DNA of 37,148 nucleotides. It comes from Octopus sinensis (Eukaryota). The stretch covers positions 1 to 37,148 of the forward strand of contig NW_021824646.1 in the NCBI RefSeq assembly GCF_006345805.1, written 5' to 3'. The notes under the pieces were generated by a model, which searched no databases, was not told where the DNA came from, and worked only from the letters and a program-made list of their open reading frames with translations. Below are positions 23,641 through 33,939 of the stretch, piece after piece; position 1 is the first letter of the stretch; each line of letters begins with the position of its first letter. Both the position numbers and the translations under genes were made by a program.

Positions 23641-23770
23641 ATGGCGGAGAATGGGAAGAACTTTCGGAGCGACGGACAGGAAGACTTAATATAGCTGTTC
23701 CACTTCTCAGCATTTTGAGTTCACATCCCACCCGAGGACAACTTTACCTTTCTGATAAAGTAAGAGCCAA
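23641..23770 (+). mobile_element. Highly degenerate family-A SINE
   Basis: ATGGCGGAGAATGGGAAGAA...TTTTGAGTTCACATCCCACCCGAGGACAACTTTACCTTTC...GATAAAGTAAG follows the family order of motifs. Confidence 0.5.
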
Positions 23771-23789
23771 ATACTGAGGCTAGGCTTTC

Positions 23790-24058
23790 TCTCTCTTTCT
23801 TAAACACACGTGGTCTTCCTCTCTCTCTTTTTTTCCTTTCTCCCTTTCTTTTCCTTTCTCTCGCTCTCTTTCACTTTCTCTTTCTCACTCATTCTCGCCT
23901 TTCCTTTATTTCTGCTCATCACCCTCTTATTCTCTCTTCCGCTCTCATTCAATCTCACTTTCTAGCTCACTGTTTTTATCTCTCACCCTTGCCTTCCACT
24001 TTCTTTCTTTCTTTCTTTCCTTAATTCTTTCTTTCTTCTTTCTTTCTTTCTTATTTAT

Positions 24059-24090
<32 letters not shown>

Positions 24091-24110
24091 CTCTCTCCCT
24101 CTCTATCTCC
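23790..24110. repeat. Polypyrimidine (CT)n/(CTTT)n tract
   Basis: Directly visible. Confidence 0.9.
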
Positions 24111-25439
24111 AAATCGGATTCGTCTGTGTCGCAAAATGTGCCATCGTGCGACCATTCCCAGTGTCACTTATTTTTTTCAGAAGTGAGTAATGGCTGAAAG
24201 ATCTAGGCCCGTCTCGTAGACAAAAGATATTCATATCTTACTGGATCCATCCACGGGGAGGCCGATATGCAAAATAGCATGGAGTGGAAATTCAGATCAG
24301 ATGCCACTCAGTGAAAATGACAGAAACGATAATTACACAGTAATATCTATGAACTTTTATGGTTTGATTTCCGTCAAAACTAAGAGGACAGCTACATCGC
24401 TTCGGGGCCGATAAAAGATATACCCATAAAAAGATTAAATATGTCATCAGCGCTATTGCTAAATGCTGTCCAGTAGAATCTGTTGCACGGCTTGATCGCC
24501 GACGGAAAGACTAGAATCGAAAGAGATAAAGTGTGAGAGGAGGAAGATTGGATGAGAGAGAGGAAGAAGAAAGTAAGTTAGAAAAAGTGAGTGAAAGAGG
24601 GAATACGAAAGAAAGAGGGAGAAATCCAATAATCCAGTTGGACAAAAGCAAGACCTGTCATGAAGATGGATGGACCTTGCATAGGGTCATTGTCTATCTA
24701 AAAATGGCGCTGGGACTTCGATTTTCCCGGGTTTGTGTCAGGTGTGCTGTAAGAACACCGAAAGTGAAATATTCATGAGCATTGTTCAAGCTTGTTTCTA
24801 GGAAATGGCAATACTGCGTCCATAGATACACAGGAGATATAACTGGCCAAGCGGTCTGAGCTCGGCAGTCTTGGAAGGTGTCCAGGATAAGAAAAGCGCA
24901 AATCCGAGCATAAAACCTCACTGCAGATGAATGTGAAGAGATGTTTGTGATGAGGTGGAAGTTAAGGAGGGGTCAACCCTGCCAATAAATCTTATCGGAA
25001 GGAACTCCGAGGTCCACCGACCCTATTTATCTAAAGAAAGTGTAAAGTTGCAGAAAATGGATTGTGTTTGCAGTCCTCTACCCTAATTCAGCCAGGAATG
25101 GATTAAAGGTGAATTATAAGATCCATATTTGTTTAGTTTTTGCAAACACATTTAAGATCTTTTTGTTAGCTGACCAGATGGTGGTTTGAGAGAGATTCGG
25201 CTGCTATTTCTAGAAGGTCGAGCGACTGCATGAAAGCGCCTCATTGATTGTGGAGGATACATTACTTAATGACTTCATCTGCTGTTGTTTATATCGTTAT
25301 GCTGTTGTTGTTGTTATTGTTGCTGTTGTTGGTAAGCTTTAAGCCGTTCCTAAACAAGTAGACGTATTATCAAAGACCGAGATCAACTCAGCTTTCATCA
25401 GACATAATGTATCTAGGATTACACTATTCAGGGTGACGT

Positions 25440-25845
25440 TTCACCATTATCGTTATCGTCGTCGTTGTTGCCGTTCCCATCATCATCATCATCATCATCA
25501 TCATCACCAACAACACTACTATTATTATCACATCTATCAACATTATCATCATTATCATCTTCTTTGACGCAGTCGTTATCGTCGTCGTCGTCGTTATCCT
25601 CATCATCCTCATCATCATCTTCATCATCATCATCAACATCATTACAAAACTAATAAAATCAAATCGCAATGGTACCAATAAATGAAATTTCAAAATGAGT
25701 CATCTACCCAGGTGGTTACAAAAGTGATGCAGGGTGAGTGTGGGGCCGAGTGCGGCTGAGAAGTTAACAATATTTCGCTGTAGTTGTGCTGTTGTCTGGT
25801 GTGGCAGCAGAAGCAGCAGTAGCACTTATAGTAGTAGTAGTAGTG

Positions 25846-25885
<40 letters not shown>

Positions 25886-25886
25886 C

Positions 25887-25926
<40 letters not shown>

Positions 25927-25951
25927 TAGTAGTAGTAGTGTAGTAGTAGTT

Positions 25952-26013
<62 letters not shown>

Positions 26014-26050
26014 TGTAGTAGTAGTTGTAGTAGTAGCAGCAGCAGCAGCT
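25440..26050. repeat. (CAT)n/(CGT)n block followed by a long (AGT)n array (25815-26050)
   Basis: Directly visible; a short unique spacer lies at about 25650-25800. Confidence 0.9.
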
Positions 26051-26060
26051 GCAAGAGCAG

Positions 26061-26205
26061 CCGAGGTCAACTGTGCCTTTAATTCTTTCGGGGTCGATAA
26101 ATCAAGTACCAGTGAAATACTGGGGTCGATGTAATCGACTAGTCCCCTCCACTCAAATTTCAGGCCTTGTGCCTTCAGTAGAAAGGATTATTACTATTAT
26201 TATTA
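26061..26205 (+). mobile_element. 5'-truncated family-A SINE with (ATT)n tail
   Basis: CCGAGGTCAACTGTGCCTTT..TTCGGGGTCGATAAA...CTGGGGTCGATGTAATCGAC...AAATTTCAGGCCTTGTGCC...AGAAAGGATTATTACTATTATT. Confidence 0.8.
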
Positions 26206-26266
26206 TTATTATCATGCTGTTGTTGTTGCTGTTGTTGTTGCTGTTGTTGTCATCATCATCATCATC

Positions 26267-26625
26267 AAGGTGTGAGCGGTATTTCGTCTGCCGCCACGTT
26301 GTGAGTTCAAATTCCACCGAGGTCAACTTTGCCTTTCATCCTTTCGGGGTCGATTAAATAAGTACCAGTTACGCACTGGGGTCGAGATAATCGACTTAAT
26401 CCATCTGTCTGTCCTTGTTTGCCCTCTCTGTGTTTAGCCCCTTGTGGGTAGTAAAGAAATAGGTATTTCGCCTGTCACTACGTTGTGAGTTCAAATTCCG
26501 CCAAGGTCGACGTCGCCTTTTACCCTTTCGGGGTCGATAAATTAAATACCAATGAAACACTGGGGTCGATGTTATCGGCTAATCCCCTCTTCTAAATTTC
26601 AGGCCTTGTGCCTAGAGCAGAAAAG

Positions 26626-26630
<5 letters not shown>
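26267..26630 (+). mobile_element. Dimeric family-A SINE with (ATT)n tail
   Basis: Two GAGTTCAAATTCC + core units joined by the same linker as 17881-18232; ends AAATTTCAGGCCTTGTGCCTAGAGCAGAAAAGATTATTATT. Confidence 0.85.
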
Positions 26631-26667
<37 letters not shown>

Positions 26668-26817
26668 GCTATCATCATCATCATCATCAGTAGTAGTAGT
26701 GGTTGTGGCTGTGGTGGTGGTGGTGGTGGTTGTGGTTGTGGTGGTGGTAATGGTGGTTGTGGGTGTGGTTGTGGGTGTGGTGGTGGTGGTGGTGGTGGTG
26801 GTAGCGGCGGCGGCGGT

Positions 26818-26850
<33 letters not shown>
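26631..26850. repeat. Compound trinucleotide block (ATT)(CAT)(GGT)(GCA)
   Basis: Directly visible. Confidence 0.9.
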
Positions 26851-26852
<2 letters not shown>

Positions 26853-27906
26853 CGATAGGAGCCAAAATGGAGTTGTCAGTAGTCCAAAGATATCCTGTAT
26901 ATTTATACTTATCCGATATCGTTTGTATCAGCTGATAAGATAATTTTTCGAAAGAGTTATCAGCAGAGGGAGCTTAAGTGCAGCAGCGGCAGCAGCGGCG
27001 GCGGCGACGGTGGTGACGGTGGTGACGGTGGTGACGGTGGTGGCAGCAGCGATGGTAGCAGACTTTGCGTTGAGTTGTTTGTGGTGAGTGTGGCCGGCGG
27101 TGTGGTTGGTACTTGGTTGCTGTTGGCTGGTCTGTTGGTCCGAGACTAATTTATTTGGCCGGAACATGACTAAAATCTTTAAGGTACTCTGCTCTCCACC
27201 CTGCCTTGCTCTCCGCCTTACCATCCACCAATCACACAATCTATTCACGAACGTGCGTGCGGTATTAAGCGGCCTGATTCTGGTCTCTCTCTTGATTGGC
27301 TTAAATCTAACATGCCCAGAGAGATACATCCCAAAAACCGGGCGCATGTATGTATGGTATGGTATGTATGTATGTATGTATGTATGTATGTATGTATGTA
27401 TACATGTGTCTGTGTGTGTGTGTGTGTGCATGCGTGTGTGTGTATGTATGTAAGTATATGTATAACTATAAACATACACACACACATTTACATATGTAGG
27501 GGTGCGTGTATATATACTTTAGATACATAATTTCGATTATGTAGATATATGCTTGCGTGTACATAAACACGACTGTGCATATGTAAAGTATATACGAATG
27601 GAGTATCCGTGTATATACGTATATATACACACGCGCATATATATACACACACACACACACAAACACACATACACACACATACACACATACACATATATCC
27701 ACATACATGTACACACAAAGAGGCAAATTGCTAAACGAACTTCTAAATACTGCGCTGCACAATACGTTCTGTATATAAAAGTGCCGTTAGTCTTTACTTG
27801 CAGTCACTGAACTGAACTGTCAACAGCAATAAATACTGTTGCAAACTTTCCTCTCTCCTTGGTTTTTGCTGAATAGGTGCAGGAGCGGCTGTGTGGTAAA
27901 TATATA

Positions 27907-28066
27907 TTTTTTTATTGCCCACGAGGGACTAAACAAGGACAGACAAAGGGATTAAGTCAATTACATCGACCCAGTGCGTAACTGGTACTTATTTAATCGA
28001 TCCCGAAAAGATGAAAGGCAAAGTTGACCACGGCGGAATTTGAACTCAGAACATAAAGACAGACGA
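27907..28066 (-). mobile_element. 5'-truncated family-A SINE (monomer with linker-type tail)
   Basis: GGATTAAGTCAATTACATCGACCCAGTGCGTAACTGGTACTTATTTAATCGATCCCGAAAAGATGAAAGGCAAAGTTGACCACGGCGGAATTTGAACTCAGAAC, as in 17881-18232. Confidence 0.85.
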
Positions 28067-28487
28067 GGCGCAGGAGTGGTTGTGTGGTAAGTAGCTTGCT
28101 TACCAACCACATGGTTCTGGGTTCAGTCCCACTGCATAGCACCTTGGGCAAGTGTCTTCTTCTATAGCCTCGAGCTGACCAAAGCCTTGTGAGTGGATTT
28201 GGTAGACGGAAACTGAAAGAAGCCCTTTGTATATATATGTATATGAATATGTGTGTGTGTGTGTATGTGTGTGTGTGTGTGTTTGTGGGTCTGTGTTTGT
28301 CCCCGCCAACATCGCTTGACAATCGATGCTGGTGTGTTTACGTCCCCGTAACTTAGCGGTTCGACAAAAGAGACTGATAGAATAAGTACTAGGCTTACAA
28401 AGAGTAAGTCCTGGGGTCGATTTGATCGACTAAAGGCGGTGCTACAGCATGGCCACAGTCAAATGACTGAAACAAGTAAAAGAGTAA
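28067..28487 (+). mobile_element. Full-length tRNA-derived CORE-type SINE with internal (TA)n(TG)n microsatellite
   Basis: Head GGCGCAGGAGTGGTTGTGTGGTAAG, B-box-like GGTTCAGTCCC, CORE-like ACCTTGGGCAAGTGTCTT, internal microsatellite at about 28230-28285, and a hairpin tail ending GAAACAAGTAAAAGAG. Confidence 0.85.
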
Positions 28488-28729
28488 TAAGGAGTGCATC
28501 TGTCGTTACCCTATTTTGTAACTCCTGGTCTTTTCTCAAATTACATGGTGCGAGTATTTTTGGAGTGTGTTCTTATTTATCCCTGTAAACTCCCTAAACT
28601 ATTTTGTTTCTTGAAAACTTAGGCTTGTTGTACCGTACCTATGACTAATCCAGAAGGTACAAAGCAACTTTGTTACACTATGTACCGTACTGAATGGCAT
28701 ATAAGTTGCACTGTTTTTGAAAGCAAAAT

Positions 28730-29570
28730 TGTCTCAACACATTGTTCCTCACTGTGTCCTGGATGATCTTCGAGCACCTCCTTGATGTTGGCCACTGGAT
28801 CTTGGGCACCAGCTCGTATTTGGTGTTGTAGGCAGGGCGGCTGGTGTCATTCTGTAATCCATAAGGTTGCAATTGGAGGAATAAGACGGCAAGAAATTGG
28901 AGCTGTTCAAGTAGTAGAATTTCTCCGACGACCACCTCTAACTCTTTGAGGAGGTATGGCAAGGAGCGGAATTCTGCTGCCACACCTATGACCGTCCAGC
29001 GCCAGTCCTCTCTAACTAGGCTTTCATCACAGTTTCCAGTCGTTTCACATTCCAGCTGTCTGAATTGATCCTGAGGCCTCGTTCAATGATATCGGACAGC
29101 ATGACGTTACCATCACTGGAAACACACCCAAAGATCATCATAGTTAGGGGTAACTCGGTTTTCATAATACGTAGGACATCACATGGATTGTAGGTAAACC
29201 ATCTGTTGTTCCATGAGTTGTGCATCTCGTCCTGATAGAAGTTTCTTTTTTCATTTGAGACGAACCGGAACATTCATGACTCACATGATGCAGCTGGTTC
29301 AGGAGCTTTCTTGATTTCGTGAAGCGGTACTCTTTGGCCATGGCTGTCAGGATTTGTCCCTTGCGCCTCTTGTACGAGTGATATCGAGGGTCCTCATTCA
29401 GGACCAGTTTCATGAAGGCAACTCCAATACTCATCTCTCTCATCAAATCCCGGATTCCCTTAGTCGAATCTTCCATTATTTTGTCCTGCAGTTGTTGGAA
29501 GAACTTCGGCGTGCGGACGCAGTCAGAGCGGTTACAGCTCTGAAGCCTCAGTTGTAGCTGCCCACGTCAC
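28730..29570 (-). pseudogene. Decayed DD37D (maT-type) Tc1/mariner transposase
   Basis: Frameshifted minus-strand pieces: RSDCVRTPKFFQQLQDKIMED...YHSYKRRKGQILT / FVSNEKRNFYQDEMHNSWNNRW...TMMIFGCVSSDGNVM / VWQQNSAPCHTSSKS*RW...NCNLMDY. There are 37 residues between the second catalytic position (28971-28973) and the third D (28857-28859). Confidence 0.9.
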
Positions 29571-29944
29571 GTCTTACATTGAAGTCTTACAGCCTTTACA
29601 GTATTCACAATGCATTGAGAAGTAGTCATGATGTTGGCATAATGGCACCTGGCACGACTCATCATGATACAGGTACCTCTTTTCAATACTCAAATGACTT
29701 CCAGTCATCCACGACAGCATTTTTCTCAATTACAAATTTAATCTTTATGCTCTCCAACGCCGTTGTCTGTTCACTAATATATCAAGCTGTTCCTGAGAAA
29801 AGGAAACATAAAGATCTTCAAATTTAGCCCGAAAACCCTGAGTATATTCTATGCATTTTCTTCCCTGATCTTCGATTCAAAATTTTAACTTCTAATCTCA
29901 CCAAGGTTTACCTAGAAATCATTATCTCCCGTGCAGTAACTGGA

Positions 29945-30634
29945 CACTAGGATATATTATGTTTTTCAAATATTTTTTACCTTCGAATGATAATCCAGAT
30001 TACTTAGAAAAAAAATGTCTTCCACAGGATCACCGCTATATATGCATATCTTCTCTGTGTTTCTTCCATCTTGATAAAACTAGTTTGTAACCTGAGTCGT
30101 TGCTAAATACATTTGCCGTGTCACGAACAGATTGTGAAATTGTGCTTGCAGTTTCTCTTAGTCTAGCGTAAGCGAGACGCAATGTGTTTGGGCAATGATA
30201 ACAGAATACTTCTAAGATTCCAGCATCGAACTGAATGTTCTCTTTATCGTTCTATTTGTATATGGTATCTAGGGCCTCCTGTATGTTTACGATATCAACA
30301 GAAAATCTTCGGGGATGTCAAACATCTTTGATATTTTACTATCATCAACGTTGATAGTTAAGATAGTTGTTATATGTACGTACACACACACAGACATTAA
30401 AACACACACACACATATGCATATATAGTTAAAAAGTAATGTAGAAATACGTTACAGAGGATATACTATAAACAGTTAAAATTATTTATGAATATATCAAT
30501 GACCAAACATTTTATCATAACATACATAGAAGACTGTTTGTAATTATGAACAAGTCACAGTTATAACTAAGCGGCTTTCAAAGCCCTTACACGACTTGCT
30601 CATAATTATAAACATTCTTCTTGTGTATATATAA

Positions 30635-30718
<84 letters not shown>

Positions 30719-31075
30719 ATATATATATATATATATTCATGTATATATACGAACACGCATTAACAAATTCTATGGCGCTGTTTTGACTTAAACAAAAAAG
30801 GTTGGTCACCGGGAAGATCTCAAATCTCAATGAACGAACGTTACACAGTTGCATGCACGCACGCACGCACCCACCCGCACATACGAGGGCACTAGGATAT
30901 ATCATATTTTCAAATATTTTTTTTTTTACCTTCGAACGATAATCCAGATTACTTAGAAAAGAAAGTGTCTTCCACGAGATCACCGCTATATATGCATATC
31001 GTCTTTGTGTTTCTTCCATCTTGATAAAACAAGATTGTAACCTGAGTCGTTGCTAAATACATTTGGTGAGTCACG
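29945..31075 (+). repeat. ~180-185-bp direct repeat pair (29945-30125 and 30890-31075), 945 bp apart
   Basis: Both run CACTAGGATATAT...TAATCCAGATTACTTAGAAAA...TCACCGCTATATATGCATATC...CTTCCATCTTGATAAAAC...GTAACCTGAGTCGTTGCTAAATACATTTG...TCACG. Confidence 0.9.
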
Positions 31076-31219
31076 CACACACACACACGTACACATAGAG
31101 ACACACGGACACACCAACATACATACATACACGCATATTCGCACACGATCATATAGGGAGAGTCACTGAGAGCAGCAGAGAAGAATGAGAAGACACATTC
31201 CTACATCCATATATATATA

Positions 31220-31271
<52 letters not shown>

Positions 31272-31276
31272 GAAAA

Positions 31277-31353
<77 letters not shown>

Positions 31354-31675
31354 CCTGTACGACCTTTGTTTTTATATTGTATATTTCATTTTGTTAGTTT
31401 ATTTACATTTATATTCGTACCCACACTCTGTGTCTTGATTGCTTTTGTGACTGTCCACCACGTCCACTTATTAGTTCGTTAAAGGTGTGAAATTGTAAAG
31501 AGTATTTTTAGACGATGACTGACGAGGAAAGAACATGTCATTATCATGTGTGTGAATTTTCTGTTAGTTCCTTTGTCGTATTTCTGTTTAATTTTTGAAA
31601 CTTATATAATATAATATAATATAATATAATAATATATAATATAATTAATATAATATAATATAATATAATATAATA

Positions 31676-31718
<43 letters not shown>

Positions 31719-31897
31719 AATATTAGGGAATAAATCCAAATTTACAGGGAAAAATCAGATTTAGGATTGAATCCAATTTTATAGTAAAATATTATATAAT
31801 ATTAATTAGAGACAAAACCACTATTATGCAAATCAAACAAGAAAGACTTAATCCAATACATAAAGAATTTTATATATATTAAATAAAATTAAGTTAT

Positions 31898-31943
31898 CCA
31901 CTACAATTGTTTCTTGTCACTTCTAAGGACATTCATCAGGTGG
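31898..31943 (-). ncRNA. Type I hammerhead ribozyme motif (minimal, palindromic stem III)
   Basis: Minus strand: CCAC-CUGAUGA-a-UGUC-cuuagaagu-GACA-a-GAAAC-AAUU-GUA-GUGG. Stem I CCAC/GUGG, stem II UGUC/GACA, both conserved core boxes, GUA cleavage triplet. The first stem II pair is a non-canonical A.A. Confidence 0.7.
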
Positions 31944-31983
31944 TTTTCAGACCTTCTTTAAAATTGAATAGAAGGTCTGAAAA

Positions 31984-32028
31984 CCACTGATGAATGTCCT
32001 TAGAAGTGACAGGAAACAATTGTAGTGG
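31984..32028 (+). ncRNA. Second hammerhead motif copy (one C missing in stem I)
   Basis: CCA-CTGATGA(31987-31993)-ATGTCCTTAGAAGTGACAG-GAAAC(32013-32017)-AATT-GTA-GTGG. A 1-nt deletion disrupts the stem I register, and the first stem II pair is A.G. Confidence 0.55.
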
Positions 32029-32249
32029 ATAACTTAATTTTATTTATTTATATAAAATTCTTTATGTATTGGATTAAGTCTTTCTTTGTTTGATTTGCAT
32101 AATAGTGGTTTTGTCTCTAATTAATATTATTAATATTTTACTATAAAATTGGATTCAATCCTAAATCTGATTTTTCCCTGTAAATTTGGATTTATTCCCT
32201 AATATTTATTATATATATATATATATATATATAACGATATATCATGGCG

Positions 32250-32283
<34 letters not shown>

Positions 32284-32735
32284 ATAAAGGTAAATTTCCA
32301 AATAAGGTTAGTGGGGAAATACAATCCTAGCGGGTACCGTATTCACTGTTACCGGTAAACAATGCTGGCTAACCTCCGTAAGTATAGAAAACTCCGGGTG
32401 GTTTTTTTTTTTTACTATTCTCAGTAGATCTCTACATCAGTAAATCCATATACATCTATAAAGTTTGTATGTTGTCGATAGAGAAGAAATAATAAACTAC
32501 TAAAGAGAACAGAGATTTATACATCCAGTTTAATCCTAGCAGTCAATAACGTTTCCCCCTTTTCTGCATCTGCCTATGTTTCTGCCGCAATTCAGTGCTC
32601 ACTGCAAAGTTCTACATGTTGGTGCGCACTTTAGTGAACTGTTGTTTCTTCAGAGTGCTTTTAACAGCGTCTGTGCCCACATATGCCCATATATATACGT
32701 ATGTATATATGCCCATATATATACGTATGTATATA

Positions 32736-32795
<60 letters not shown>

Positions 32796-32895
32796 TATTT
32801 ATATATATATATATATATATATACATACATACATATATACATACATACATACATACATACATACATACATACATACATGCATATATGCATATATA

Positions 32896-33285
32896 TCTAT
32901 ATATATAAAGCTGAAGTTGTCTGTTGGTGTGGCAGGTTCGGTAGCCTTCAACTAACACTATCTCCTCCGAGACCCTGCTGCACAAGTTGACCAAAACTGA
33001 GAGTATGATAGAAGGATTGCTCTTCCTTTCGTAGAAAAAAAAATTCATATCAGACCATGTTAACACAAAAAATTATTTACCTCAAAAAGGTGCTTTTTTT
33101 CTATGAAAATCCCTATTTTTTACGATTTTTTTACTGCTGTGTCGCCATTTTTCGGTGTATTTCAACCAGAAAAAATTTTCACTTAAAGAGAATAACCAGC
33201 TACATAATGCAAACGTTTTACTTTTCAAAAATTCCAATTCTAAAGGGTCAAACCAAACTCGAGCAACGCCGGGCGATACTGCTAG
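32896..33285 (+). mobile_element. Non-autonomous Helitron-like element (390 bp)
   Basis: 5' A|TCTATATATATAAAGCTGAAGTTGTCTGT. 3' CGAGCAACGCCGGGCGATACTGCTAG|T is identical to the end of 20894-21285. Confidence 0.8.
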
Positions 33286-33939
33286 TATATATATATCTAT
33301 ATATATATATACGAAAGTATTGTAAAAAACCACCGACCTATAAAATCATATACGTATATTGATGGTCCCTAATTCTTCATCAGTTATCAACCAAAATGGT
33401 AATACTGTATGTAACTTTCATGCATACACACATACATCCATACATCCATACGCTTTTAGTGTCATGAAATCTTGCAGTCAATATGACAGCCGTTTGTATC
33501 GAGAAACAAAATATATGGATATCTTTTGCAAGATATATTACTCAACAACAACAGCTATCTCGTGCATAGCTTACCGTTAAAACGGGATAAACTCTAGTAA
33601 GTCGTGAATTTGACGGAAAATTTGACGAAAGCTAAATTATGTTTGAATTTATCGTATGTAAACGATAATCTTTCCAGTTCGATCTTAATTTCTATTCGTA
33701 TATCGGGTTAGATTTTCTTGAACAGAAACCGGATATTTCTGGACGCTGATGAGAAACTTGTTAGACACATTATTCGAGGAAATTCACCGGATAGATCACG
33801 TGATTGGCATAACCATGGAGCGATAAGAATGGGATAGGGTTTTTTTGTATTCTGTTATATTTTTTTTGTTTTTTGTCAAGTGTTCGGTCGGTTGCTTCCT
33901 TGTTTCCTTGTCACGTGAGCGCTGAGAGTGAATTGACTT

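Larger units (their letters stand above)
31715..32210. mobile_element. Near-perfect fold-back (243/241-bp arms, 12-nt loop), probable inverted Penelope-like pseudo-LTR pair
   Basis: Arms 31715-31957 and 31970-32210 are reverse complements with about 6 differences by manual alignment. Loop TTAAAATTGAAT. (TA)n on both sides. The Penelope assignment is inferred from the embedded hammerhead motif. Confidence 0.8.

Noticed and set aside
24169-24190. TTTTTTTCAG-AA-GTGAGT as a recursive splice site
   Set aside because: Ratchet points require AG directly followed by GT; here two nucleotides intervene.
24211-24411. ~64-codon open stretch (TKDIHILLDPSTGRPICKIAW...)
   Set aside because: Splice signals are weak and no motif is recognised.
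28540-28590. TACATGGTG... and ...CCCTGTA as TIRs of the DD37D element
   Set aside because: No matching inverted partner was found beyond the 5' end of the transposase relic, so the element boundaries cannot be set.
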